Positions 39,013 through 51,250 of a DNA stretch of 64,000 bases are shown here, piece by piece. The stretch is taken from positions 11,470,001 to 11,534,000 of the forward strand of contig CM106585.1 in assembly GCA_048013815.1 (NCBI GenBank), written 5' to 3'. Origin of the DNA: Setoptus koraiensis (Eukaryota > Animalia > Arthropoda). The number at the start of each line of letters is the position of its first letter. Position 1 is the first letter of the stretch. The translations under genes were made by a program, and so were the position numbers. Under the pieces are notes generated by a model that did no database searches, was not told the DNA's origin, and saw only the letters and a list, made by a program, of their open reading frames with translations.

Positions 39013-41040
39013 TTATAAAGCGAATTGTAGGATCAATATTATGCCAGATATAATCCATCCAACTAACTGCGCAGGGGATTTGTGATGAAAGACCAAAGAG
39101 AGAATTAGTTTGTCGTAGTGATGTGATGATTTGAATATATTTCTTACATTTTTACTAACCATCGGCAAGTTTTCGAGAGTCACTGGATATCTATATGCGA
39201 TCAAAAATGTGATATTCTGGACATCTTCTAGATCATCCGTTACATTCATCAATTGCTGCACGTTCCAGGGACTCATGAACGACTGATGAACCAGCAGATT
39301 CTGTAAGGCATGATATATTTTTATGAACTAGCATTGGATCATAAGAATGAGGGTTGAAATTGGTTGACAGATGCAGATGTTCAAGTTGCTTCGATTTCTG
39401 ATTTAAGAGGTGAGGTTCTATAGGTTTAAAGCTTGTACCAACATACTGACCCTGCTATGGATAACACCAACAGTGCAACTTATATACATTATAGGGAGCC
39501 AGTAACCGAGAAAAAGAAGACAAATTGCTCGCAATTGTAATTCTTCCAAATCTGGCATTCTCATGACGGTTGCAATGGTCATCATGACGCAGGGCATCTT
39601 GAATATAAGTTCCAAATTAAGATAGTCGTTGAAATTTTGCTTCAAATGATCGAAATCGTTGCGCAACTCTGTCACCATTCTTATGAGGGCATCAACATGG
39701 TTAAATATGTCAATCGAATTCTTAGTTTTATCCCTCCAGATTAACGTATCGACTAGATTGTGTTTCTGATACAGTCCACTTCCAGCATGATAGTTGCAAA
39801 TTTTGTTTTCAGTGGCTAGAAGAATTTTCATCTCATAGTTGTAACTCTCAACGTCGTTCATCATTATATTTTTTGTATGAATGTTAGCCTTCGCAATGAT
39901 TCTAGTAGTTTTCTTATGATAAATTTCACTCAATTCTCTGGCGAATCCCAGTATGTATCTTGCCTTGCTTAAACAAGAAAAACAATTAAGGATGAATGAT
40001 GTAACGTCGAAGAATTGATAGAGAAATATGAAAATCGAGAAAAGGCCGAGGCTAAAAGAAATGAGGCGCTCTTTGAGGAATAGTTCCATGGAATCTTGGC
40101 AGTTATGATACGCAAACGAAATCGCACTCGGAATAATAACCCAATCCACATACATTACTAATGGAAATCCTGCAATAATCCAATTAGCTAAAAATCTCAT
40201 TCCTGCCCCATCAACCACCCTGTGAGGCCCACCAGAAATGACAAGTTGTTTGGGAAATTTCAGTTGATAATTGATCTCCCGAAAATCATCGTTGAAATCA
40301 AACAATACATCGCCTGAATTTACGAACTTCTCCGATTCTGCTCGATCAAACATAACTAAGTGACTTCGCGCTGCTTTGGCGCGATGAAATGTTTCTTTCT
40401 CCTTCTCGTTTGACATCCCATACCCCGTAGATGTTGGCAGGATATAATTCGAGTTAAAACTGTCCTGTCGTCTAGATTTCCGTCTGTTCCACCTTTTGCC
40501 TTTAGATTGGACTGAATCAGTGTAGCCCATGATATGAAGCCATGCTCTTGTAGTTAATTTGAAACAATCGAAATAAGTCATAATTATATCATACTGTGTG
40601 GGGCGATAATTTGTACTAATGCTTCTTCGCAGATGTTTGACACGGAAAAAGTACGTTTCAATCAAAAGTATCGCCGCAATCTTGTGTAGCAGGCGAGAAT
40701 GTCTATAGTGAGTAAATGTGTCCGTTATCAAATTCCATTTTCCTATATTCTGGATGACACCTTCGTTACAAAAACCATATACGAATGAATTAAACCATAA
40801 GTAGATTCCAAGAAGAAAATCAACTAGCATATAGAGCAAATAATATGGTTTTTGTTGTTTATTATTTAAGAGTATCTTTACTCTGCCTATTAACATGTTC
40901 ATCATTGAGTGGTTCTTCTTATTTTCGAACTGTTCTGATGATATTGCTTGCACCTCATCGGACAGCAAATTCACTGATCCATTGACGAATGTACAAGAGA
41001 AAATTAGTGGAAAGAACAACCTGTATCTGATCGTATCCAT
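39013..41040 (-). CDS. GR-like copy 4; exons 41040-39451, 39327-39160, 39066-39013; 603 aa
   Basis: Same intron positions as the other copies (AGG|gtcagt...ctag|TTC; ATG|gttagt...gcag|TTA). C-terminus LVGWIISGIILILQFAL carries the GR-type QF. Confidence 0.8.
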
Positions 41041-41890
41041 TTCATAGTTTGTTACATCTAAAAATTAATTGGGACTGAAATGCTGATACGATCCGGGTCA
41101 AAATTCTAACACTTTCAACTTCGAAATGGCAACATCTGAGACGAAATCCAAAACAACATCTTTTTGCATTTTTTCCATCGCGGCTCCTCCATTCAGATCT
41201 CGCTTGTTGGCTTTGACGGGAAGTTGTTTGGTCCTCTTTTTTCTTGTCTACTTTTAATAGCTGAGTAACACGCTATCTTTATTCTCTCTAGTATCTAGTC
41301 TGGTTATATGGACAAAAATCGTACCCCGGGAAGGGACGGTAATGCGATAATGTGATGGTGAAGCGGGTTGGTACCATGTAACAAATAGTTCTTAAAATAA
41401 TGCTTTCAGTGATACCGAGTTTATTAGAAATCCTATTCAGAACCTCAATGAGGAGAATACAAAAGTGTACCCTTTATAATAATAGAAAATTGGAACACAC
41501 AGATTTTACAATTTGTTGCTTCCGGCAGCCAGAATTTGCATGCATTCTCAGCTTGACCGGCGTGCCCGTGCCCTCGAAAAACGCCCATGGAACAAGCACC
41601 GATGATTGGCACCCGCTCACCATTTAAGGATGTTTCTGCCTCTGATTTGAAGAGTGTGCTCGGCTCACGAAATCAGTGCATAATGAATAAAGTACTACAA
41701 CTGTAAAACTTCACGGTGTATGATCACTACGAGATGGTTGAGGGTATTTCAGCAAGGTGGCCTCTCTTCTTTTACTGCGACAAATAATTCCAATGGTTAT
41801 TGCAGTATTAATAGACATTAATACTGTAATACTTGATTTCTTGCCACCAATATGGAACGGTTCCGGCTAACAAATTCAGATTTTTAATTT

Positions 41891-43920
41891 TTACAGTAAG
41901 GAAGCGAACTGTAGGATCAATATTATGCCAGATATAATCCATCCAACCAGCTGCGCAGAGGATTTTTGATGAAAGACCAAAGAGAGAATTAGTTTGTCGT
42001 AGTGATGTGATGATTTGAATATATTTCTTACATTTTTACCAACCATTGGCAAGTTTCCGAGAGTCACCGGATATCTATGTGCGATCAAAAATGTGATATT
42101 CCGGACATCTTCCAGATCATCCGTTACATTCATCAATTGCTGCACGTTCCGAGGAGTCATGAACGACTGATGAACTAGCAGATTCTGCAAAGCATGATAT
42201 ATTTTTGTGAACTAATATTCAGAATCATAAGAACGAGGTTTAAAATTCGTTGAAAGATGAAGAAGTTGCTTTGATTTCTGATTTAAAAGATGAGGTTCAA
42301 TAGGTTTGAAGCTTGTGCAAACATACTGACCCTGCTATGGATAACACCAACAGTGTAGCTTATATATACTATTGGACACCACCAACCAGCACAAAGCATA
42401 CTTATTGCTTGAAATTGAGATTTATCCAAGTCTGGAATTCTCAGGAGGGTAGCAACAGTCAACATGACACAGGGCATCTTGAAGATAAGTTCCAAATTCA
42501 GATAGTCGTTGTAATTTTGCCTTAACCGATCGAAATCGTTGCGCAACTCTGTTACCATTCTTATGAGGGTATCAACATGGTTAGATATGACAATTGAATT
42601 CGTAGTTTTGTCCCTCCAGATTAACGTATCGACTGCATTGTGTTTCTGATACAGTCCACTTCCAGCATGATAGTTGCAAATTTTGTTATCAGTGGCTAGA
42701 AGAATTTTCATCTCATAGTTGTAACTCTCAACGTCGTTCATCATTATATTTTTTGTATGAATGTTAGCCTTCGCAATGATTCTAGTAGTTTTCTTGTGAT
42801 AAATTTCACTCAATTCTCTGGCGAATCTCAGTATGTATCTTGCCTTGCTTAAACAAGAAAAACAATTAAAGATGAATGATGCAATGTCCAAGAATTGATA
42901 GAGACATATTACAATTGAGAGAATGCCAAGGATAAAAGAAATGAGTCCCTCTTTGAGGAATCGTTCCATGGAACCTTGATAGTTATGATACGTCAACGAT
43001 ATTTCAATCGGAATAACAACCCAATCCACATACATTACTAATGAAAATCCTACAACCATCCAATTAGCTAAAAATCTCATTCCTGCCCCATCAACCACCC
43101 TGTGAGGCCCACCATAAATGAAAAGTTGTTTGGGAAATTTCAGTTGATAATTGATCTCCCGAAAATCATCGTTGAAATCAAACAATACATCGCTTGAATT
43201 TACGAACTTCTCCGATTCTGCTCGATCACTCATATCTAAGTAGCTTTGCGCTGTTTTGCCACGATGAAATGTTTCTTTCTTCTCCTCATGTGACATTCCA
43301 TACCCCGTAGATGTTGGCAGGATATAATTTGAGTTACAACTCTTCTGTTGTCTAGATTTCCGTCTGTTCCACCTTTTGTCTTTAGATTGGACTGAATCAG
43401 TGTAGCCCATGATATGAAGCCATGCTCTTGTAGTTAATTTGAAACAATCGAAATAAGTCGTAATTATATCATAATGTGTGGGACGATAATTTGTACTAAT
43501 GCTTCTTCGCAGATGTTTGACACGGAAAAAGTACGTTTCAGTCAAAAGTATAGCTGCGATTCTGTGTAGCAAGCGAGAATATCTATAGTGAGTAAATGTG
43601 TCCGTTATCAAATTCCATTTTCCTATTTTCTGGATGACACCTTCGTTACAGAAACCATATACGAATGAATTAAACAATAAGTAGATTCCAAGAAGAAAAT
43701 CTAATAGCATATAGAGCAAATAGTATGGTTTTTGCTGTCTGTTGTTTAAGAAAATCTTTACTCTGCCCATTAATGTACTCATCATTGTGCGGTTCCTCTC
43801 GTTGTCGAGCTGTTCTGATGATATTGCTTGCACTTCATCGGACAGCAAATTCACTGATCCATTGACGAAAGTACAGGCGGAAATCATTGGAAAGAATATG
43901 TTGTATCTGATTGTATCCAT
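41891..43920 (-). CDS. GR-like copy 5; exons 43920-42331, 42211-42044, 41950-41891; 605 aa
   Basis: Closest paralog of copy 4, with the same exon lengths (1590/168). C-terminus LVGWIISGIILILQFASLL. Confidence 0.8.
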
Positions 43921-44639
43921 TTTATAGTTTGTTGCATCTAAATATAAATTGAGGCTGAAATGCTGATAAGATCCAGGCTGCAATTCTAACACTTTCAACT
44001 TCGAAATGGCTACATCTAAGACGAAGTCCAAAGCTGCATCTTGGCGCACTTTTCCATCGCAGCTCTTTCAATCAGATCTCGATTCTCGGCTCTAACCATG
44101 TTGTTCGGTCCTCTTATTTCTCGTGCACCGGGCACCTCTCAATAACTGAGTAACACGCTACCTTTATTTACTTAAGTGTCTTGTCGAGTGGTAGAGACAA
44201 AAATAGTACCCCGGCGAGGCACGATAACGCGGTAATGTGGTGAAGCGGGTTCGGTGTCACGTATCAAATATTTCTGACGGTCGGCATAATGCTTTCAGTG
44301 AACGTATACCGAGTTGATTGCAGACCCCATGCAAAGACACACTCGCCCCAATGAGGATAATGCACAAGTTCACGCTTTGTTGTAATCAGCTGTATGCCAA
44401 TGAATTTTGCTTATATCTATGTGATTATACTTACAACATGTTAGAGCGGGGCTCCCGTGCTGATTAGCGAGCCAAAAAGTACTTTCAACTCGAAAGTTCT
44501 CAGTGAGAAATGCATTCTTTCAAGAGGGCGCAGATCATCAATACATTGAATCGGGGGATGTGTCGCTAGATGCTAGCGACACTCGAATTATGTTGTGAAT
44601 GACCTGAGCCCCCGTGCGCAGCGCCTAGAAGTGATTTGA

Positions 44640-44800
44640 ACATTTAAGAATGTTTCTGCTTTTGATTTGAAAAGTGTGCTCAACTCACGAAATCAGTGCC
44701 TAATGAACAATGTACGAAAACTTCACGCTGGATGAACACCACGAGATGGTTGAGGGCATTTCAGCAAGGTGGCCTCTCTTCCTTTCCTGCGACAACTTAT
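44640..44800 (-). promoter_or_regulatory. Conserved upstream block of the GR-like genes, probable non-coding first exon with splice donor at 44688
   Basis: Homologous blocks lie at ~41622-41790, ~38365-38520 and ~23355-23460, each upstream of a GR ATG. Each has a minus-strand GTGAG(T/C)/GTGCGT at the same position (44688, 41668, 38410, 23391). Confidence 0.45.
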
Positions 44801-44930
44801 TTCTAGAGGTCTAGCACGAATTAGTGATCCAATTTTCATTGCTAAATTGTGGAAACAAACGATTGTAGGTCAGAGGGACAAAACGAATGCAATTTCAGCG
44901 CACGAGTGCGGAGAAAAAACAATAAATGTA

Positions 44931-45561
44931 TATCGGTCGTCGATAAAGTCTTAAACGTTCGATTGCAAGAAAGTTCGATTTTGTTGCAACACTCTCTGTG
45001 CTGTCTTACTGTGGGTGTGTATTTGATGTTGCTGACTTGCTCTAATTGTTTGAAAATGACCATTTTATCAAAATGGAGGCCTCTCGCTATAGAGAAATCA
45101 TTCTTGACCACTTTAAGAGCGGCAAGAAACCGATCGAAATCGAACAATATTTTCAAAGAATTTATCCAAATGACAAGCCAAGTTATTCGACAATCAAGTA
45201 CTGGTACAGAAAATTCAGTTGTGGACAGACTAGCACACAAGATGAGGCCAGATCAGGGCGCCCCATTTCCGCCGTTTCTGACCCTCTAGTGGAGAGAATA
45301 GAGAAGCTTATAAATGAAAATCGAAAAATTAGTTTGAGACGCTTTAACTCACTCGCTGGTGGTGTTCATTTAGGTGTTATTGCTTGCATCGAGCTCTTCC
45401 GTAGAGAGCAACATTCAACCGAAATACTGATTGAGCAGCAAGGCGCTGGTCTTGGTATCAGAATTGATAGACAAATGGTCGATCGCGAGGAGCGCATTCG
45501 AGTCATCTACGAAGATCGAGCAAATTGCGACAATATTCGAGAGCTATTGCCCATTATATAA
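44931..45561 (+). mobile_element. 3'-truncated mariner-like element: putative left TIR and transposase N-terminal HTH; ORF 45073-45561 (162 aa)
   Basis: MEASRYREIILDHFKSGKKPIEIEQYFQRIYPNDKPSYSTIKYWYRKFSCGQTSTQDEARSGRP...INENRKISLR resembles the Mos1/SETMAR-type HTH. There is no WVPHEL linker or DD34D domain. TA-TCGGTCGTCGATAAAGTC at 44931 resembles a mariner TIR start, but no partner TIR was seen. Confidence 0.7.
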
Positions 45562-46785
45562 AGTTTGCAGTGATCGTTGTTGAGATGATGATGAAAAAAA
45601 TTGAGATAATAAATATCAGCCTATATAAATAGTTAATTGATTAAACATTGTATTTCAGTCCAATCACCAAGATCTCTGCCAGTGTCAGACAATCGTACCA
45701 TAGGCGATTCTATGTTTGTCAGGCAATCATACTGTCAGGCAATCGTCCATTTTCGAAATTTTCGGTTTGTCAGGCAATCGACACCCACCCGACCAGATCG
45801 GATATTTGTTCGGATGGCGGGCGCGAATATAATCGCTAATAATGGTTCATTATAACTGTGATCTGATGGGCACTATGACTGTCGGTGTCGTTGGCAATGT
45901 GGTGGCGTGCATCAGTCGGTCGGTCATCGGTGAATAATTATCGCTGTTGTTGATATTCATTGTGAGTCGTCCAGCGCATTTCATTGAGTCCGAATTTTCG
46001 TTATATGGCAAGCGAGCCGCCAGCATGGTCACTGTGATAAACTATTGAGGCTGGCCTTTCCTTTCCGCTGGTCGCATTCGCACAGGTAAGAAGCGCCACC
46101 AACAGCAACAGCAGCAACAACAACAACAACAACAGCAACAACATCAACAACAATATCAACAACAACAACAGCGGCGACGGCAACGGTAACGCAACACGTC
46201 TCATGGTCCAGTGGTCAGCCGAGTGGAGGGCGTGATTTCGCTTGAGCCAAGCCTCGCTGAGCTCGAGTGGCCGCCATTCGGGGCTGCGGTGCGCTGTCCA
46301 TTCAATTAAGCCGACTTTGAGAGATATACAGCGATGAAACGGCTTGTTTCTATCGTTGTGTTTTTATCGTTATTCTGTCTCTATCGGTCGGTTCAATTGT
46401 CGGCGCTATTAATGTCGAATGAATGAAGAATTAATGCCACTACACACTGGCTATTATCTGGGCAACAACTTGAGCTCAACAACGGACGGCAAGCTTGCGG
46501 GATGAGACGAGATGATATAATAATCAAGCAGCGGCGCCAACAACAAGTTGTATGTTTTCATTCAGTGCAACTATCGCTTTCTCGCGAATTCATCAAGCTC
46601 GCCATTGTTTCTTCGTCTCGCATTCAATTGGCGTCCAGCAACAACAACAATCAAACAAACAAACAAGCGAGCGAGCAAACAAACAAACAAACAACAAGTT
46701 AGCTAGTTGGTTATCTCTCCTAATAGATTCTCGCCATTACTTATGCCCACAACTTGTACGACTAGTCGACAACTCGGACAAGCTT

Positions 46786-46863
46786 GCATCACCTGTATAC
46801 ATCGCCTGTGAGCATCGCCTGTGAGCATCACCTGTAAGCATCACCTGTAAGCATCAGCTGTAA
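46786..46863. repeat. Degenerate 13-mer tandem repeat (GCATC(A/G)CCTGT(A/G)A) ~6 units
   Basis: Read directly; contains CACCTG x3 and CAGCTG x1. Confidence 0.8.
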
Positions 46864-49800
46864 ACAGCACCCAAGAGTCAAGTTAATCGAACGGCATCAT
46901 TTGCGCCAGGTGAAGATAAATATAGATAACGGCCAGTGAGTGATCGTGCGCTCACTGACTTGTGAGAGTAAATGTAGGCTCGAAATCATTATCACTTGCA
47001 ACTTTTCAACAATTTTTACAACCAGCAGCGGCATAAAGGTGAGCTTTTGCCCGACTCGATAACATCCCAACTCAATAACATCGCAACTCAATAACATCGC
47101 AACTCAAAGGCATCTCAACTCAAAGGCATGAAACACTTGAACACATTTGAATGAAATGATTTGACATCCACGCCGTCAAGTATTACGATATATTCAATGC
47201 GTCAGACAGTTTGCGGTCAGCATCAACAAACGAGGCGAGCATTTTCATTAACAGTGCCAACCAATTCACTGTGATGAATTTGAGTTTGAGTTAGTTTGCA
47301 GTGATCGAGTGTGGCGCGAAAAGCGAGCCCAAGCTCGACCAGAGTTTCCGGCGAACCATCGGGTGCCACTGAGTGCAATCGAAGCGACCAATCAACTTGC
47401 GACCGACCGACCAACTTTCGACCGACCGACCAACTTTGTCTCCGAAATTTCAACCGTCGCCAAGCGTCACGGCCACCGGTCAAGCAATGTTATTAAACAA
47501 TGTTATTGAACAGCGTCATCAATAATGTCACATTAGCAGTGTCACCACTAGTTGCACACAATTGAGGTGTCAGCATCAACAAGAATCACTGATAGTGGCG
47601 ATGACATCGCCGCCGACCAGCACACACCAACGAGCCTGTTTCGAGAATTTCGAGCATTTCGAAAATTCATTCACTGTGTTAATTATCTCATCTCATCCGG
47701 CGTGAATGTCATTGTGACATGACAAGCGTGCTGACGAAGTGACGTTTCGCAGCCATCAGTTGTGCACATAATTAGTTGAAAATATCGCGTGATCTAGCTC
47801 GCATTGCTCACTGTTGCATCATCGTCATCATCGTCTTCATCGTCTTCATCGTCATCGTCTTCATCGTCTTCATCGTCATCGTCGTCATCGTCGTTGTCAT
47901 CGTCGTTGTCATCGTCGTCTTCATCGTCGTCTTACGTGTCATATATTTATGTGTTGTATGGTCAGTTTCGTCGAGTGAGCTGCTTGCAACAAACAGGAAA
48001 CAAACAGGAAACAAACAAACAAACAAACAAACAAACAGACAAACAGGCAAACAAACAAACAGCACGTCACAAGAGTTGGACCGAATTGCAACAGGTGGAG
48101 GTCGTTGTACGACGAGCGTGCACAAATCGCCAAGACACCAATCCGAGCAAATGACCTCTAGCGGAGCTTCTGGTGAGTTGCTTTAATTTGGTTTTTGCTT
48201 ACTGTCATGATACGAATGTCACCGGCAACCAGTGACCGGTTGCCCATTTAATCAACATACACACACACACACTTGCCATCGTTGATAGCCGCTCACAATA
48301 ATGGACACACTGGTAGCTACTACAAGTAGCCTACTTGCCAATCAGCTGTTGAGCTGTGTATTCACAATTGTTGTCAGACCATGAATTTCCATGAGTGCGT
48401 TACGTAACGTTTGTTGTTGGTGTTGTGGCGCGCTAGTTATGCTAATTTGCTCTTGTTACTGTTTGGCCCGAGGGCATCATTGTTGTTGTTGTTGTTGTTG
48501 TTGCTGTTGTCGTGATGCCGCTGTTAACATCAAGCCGGCGGTGTCATAGTGTCCCCATATCTCAACACGGCGCTTGATATCACGGCGCCACATACAGGGC
48601 TCTTTAGAAAAAAAACACAGTCTGTTTATCGCACTGATACAGCCTGATAAACAGCAGCAAAAATTGGCTAATTAGCGTGGTCGTTGTTGTTGCAACACAA
48701 CGACTGAAGTTTGCAACACAACGACTGAACACATGGCACACAGTGTGTAGCATATTACGTAATTATTACATAAGCAAGTGGTTTGGGCATGTCACAACAA
48801 TACACTCGACAGTCATTTACAAGTCAGCGCACAGTGGCGTTAATTTTCATTATTTTTATTTTCGTTGTCTCTCTCTCTAATAGAGACTCTCTAATAGAGA
48901 CTCTCTATTAGAGCGGCTATTAGAGAGAGAGTCTCTATGCAAAATGCTCACTTTGATGTGTATCTCTCTGCATGGGGCCATTCGCCACTCGGCTCCATGT
49001 TGCTCTGACTTGTCTGACCGTTATCCGCTGACCGTTGTCCGCTGGCTGGCAGTCGTTCGCGTGCTACCTGTGCAACGGCGCGACAACGCATGGACATTCA
49101 TGGATTTGATAGGTGGCCACCATTTGATGGTGCCTACAGTATGATGGTATCATACAGTATGATACAGGCGGCATGATGGTCGTGGGCTAATTAGCCCCAT
49201 CGCTGAAATGCCCCGAGCGAGAGCTTGTTATTGTTGCCCTCAACAGGTTGCCGGCGCTGCTGTCAAATTGTTGCTATTGCCGCAAACAGTTATTAGCATC
49301 AACTGAGGGCATCAGGGCCGACAGATAGGCTGCCGAGAGGAAGAATTGGCCCTCCTGTTGCCCAGAGAGAGAGAGAGCGAGTCATCCTCCGTTTAATGGT
49401 CGACAGTTAGCCGACAGTTTCATTCAGTGCGCGCCAGCCGTTTAAATGCCGTTTGCCAGCCGCCAATTTGTCGAGTGGCGAGTGTCTCGGCAAATTGCTG
49501 AAAAATTGCTGACGACAATGATGAACAGATAGGCTAAATAATGGCCGGACAGCGATATTATTTGTTGTTTGCTGTAGGACAATTGTGCGTACAATTGTCC
49601 GCTCGCCGGCCACTCTAATGGCGACCGTCCGATGGCAACTGTCCAATCTGAACTGTCTAACCGGCAGACGACGCCGGCCACGGTTTGTCGGACGTCGCCG
49701 GACACTTGGGCGCGACCGCTTGGGTGCCCCCACACACACACAACAATAACGATAATGACGATGATGCCTAGACGATGATGCTCATGATGAAAGATAATTG

Positions 49801-50547
49801 TTTCGCCGTCTCGCCGTCTCGCCGTCTCGTTGCCTTGTCGCCGCCGTCTCGTTGGCGTGTCGCTGGCGTGTCGTTGCCGTGTTGTTGAGACGGATCAACT
49901 TGAGACGGATCAATGTGTATACTTTCGCTCGTCATGAGCGAGTTACATAATGGTTTCGCTCACTGTTTGCTCATGAAACGGCTCTCTCGGCTGCCAAATG
50001 TGCTCCTCACGCAGCATCGCCAGCTTGCCATCTTCACATGTCGGCACCACGCTCCGCACCACGGCCGGCCGCTGTGGGGCTGTGGCCCGGCTTCGCCGGC
50101 CCGACCGGCCGACGCCGGCGAGACGACTCCGGCGAGGCGACTCTGGCGAGACTACGCTAGCGAGACTACGCTGGCGAGACTACGCTGGCGAGGCGAGAAG
50201 AAACGGCCAGTCGAGACGGGATACGAGCATACGAAAATATGCCGGTGCCCGAACGGGCGCGCTTTCTCCGGGGCCATCATCAATTCTATCAATCGTCTGT
50301 CTAGATGTTGAGCTATGATAATTGTTTTTTGTGTTGCTGTCGTTGCCGTTGTTGTTGTTGCTGCTGTTGTTGCTGTTGCATTCTTTGCACACTCGCTATT
50401 ATCGCCATCACCATCAGCGGCGGCGGCGGCACATCTCCATGGCAGCTAAACGCCTCTATTCCATGATTATGATTTAGTGGTGCCAACAGGCAACAACCGA
50501 CGCACTGCCCCTCGAAGGCCGCAACGTAAGCTCTCAATCAGCCTCCC

Positions 50548-50564
50548 TCAACAGCAACAACAGC

Positions 50565-50616
<52 letters not shown>

Positions 50617-50650
50617 GCAACAACAACGACAACAACGACAACAACAGCAA
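50548..50650. repeat. (CAA/CAG)n microsatellite, ~100 bp
   Basis: Read directly. Confidence 0.95.
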
Positions 50651-51170
50651 ATCATTTTGTTCGCCGAGCCAGCCTGTTGTAACAAGAAGAGTCTTGTTAG
50701 CTCATCTGTTGGCTTGCATCATGTAAGTTACGTAATGTGGTTGCGTAATATTTGCTGGTAGCATGTCTCACAATTGGCACATTACGCAACACATTGGCAT
50801 AGGCACATAGTGATTGTGGCCGTGTGACGATAATCACGATATAATCACTTGTCGTGATTCGATTGTCTTGGCCATTCTCGCTGCTACTGCCACAAGCTCG
50901 CTGTGTTTTTATATTTTTATTTATATTGATACAGGCATTGCAGCCAACGAGCTGTCTGTTTTAATTTTAATTGGCCCCTTTGGTCAAGTTAGCGGCGCTC
51001 TGTCCGCACATCATCGTCTGCGTTATCCGTGCATCCATATCCACATTTCCATCTATCCACCGAAATGGCCAACAGTCGGCCAGCCGACCGCTGATAGGTG
51101 CATCCGTCTCTCGACTCGAGAGTCTCGAGCGAGTATGCCAGAATGCGAGTATCCGAATACCCGAATATTT

Positions 51171-51250
51171 GGATATTTGGATATTTGGATATTTGGATAT
51201 TTGGATATTTGGATATTTGGATATTTGGATATTTGGATATTTGGATATTT
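51171..51250. repeat. (GGATATTT) x10 perfect tandem repeat
   Basis: Read directly; degenerate GAATATTT/GAATATCC units flank it. Confidence 0.95.

Noticed and set aside
21037-43920. Interpreting the array as GPCRs, ionotropic receptors or horizontally acquired genes
   Set aside because: No DRY/NPxxY motifs, no ligand-binding or pore-loop domains, and spliceosomal introns are present; the C-terminal motif and last-intron position fit GR-type 7TMICs better.
44645-44830. Plus-strand coding reading of the conserved upstream block (DLKSVLxSRNQCxMN...; NFTxDEHxEMVEG)
   Set aside because: Peptide similarity needs a frameshift and stops differ between copies; a minus-strand non-coding exon explains it more simply.
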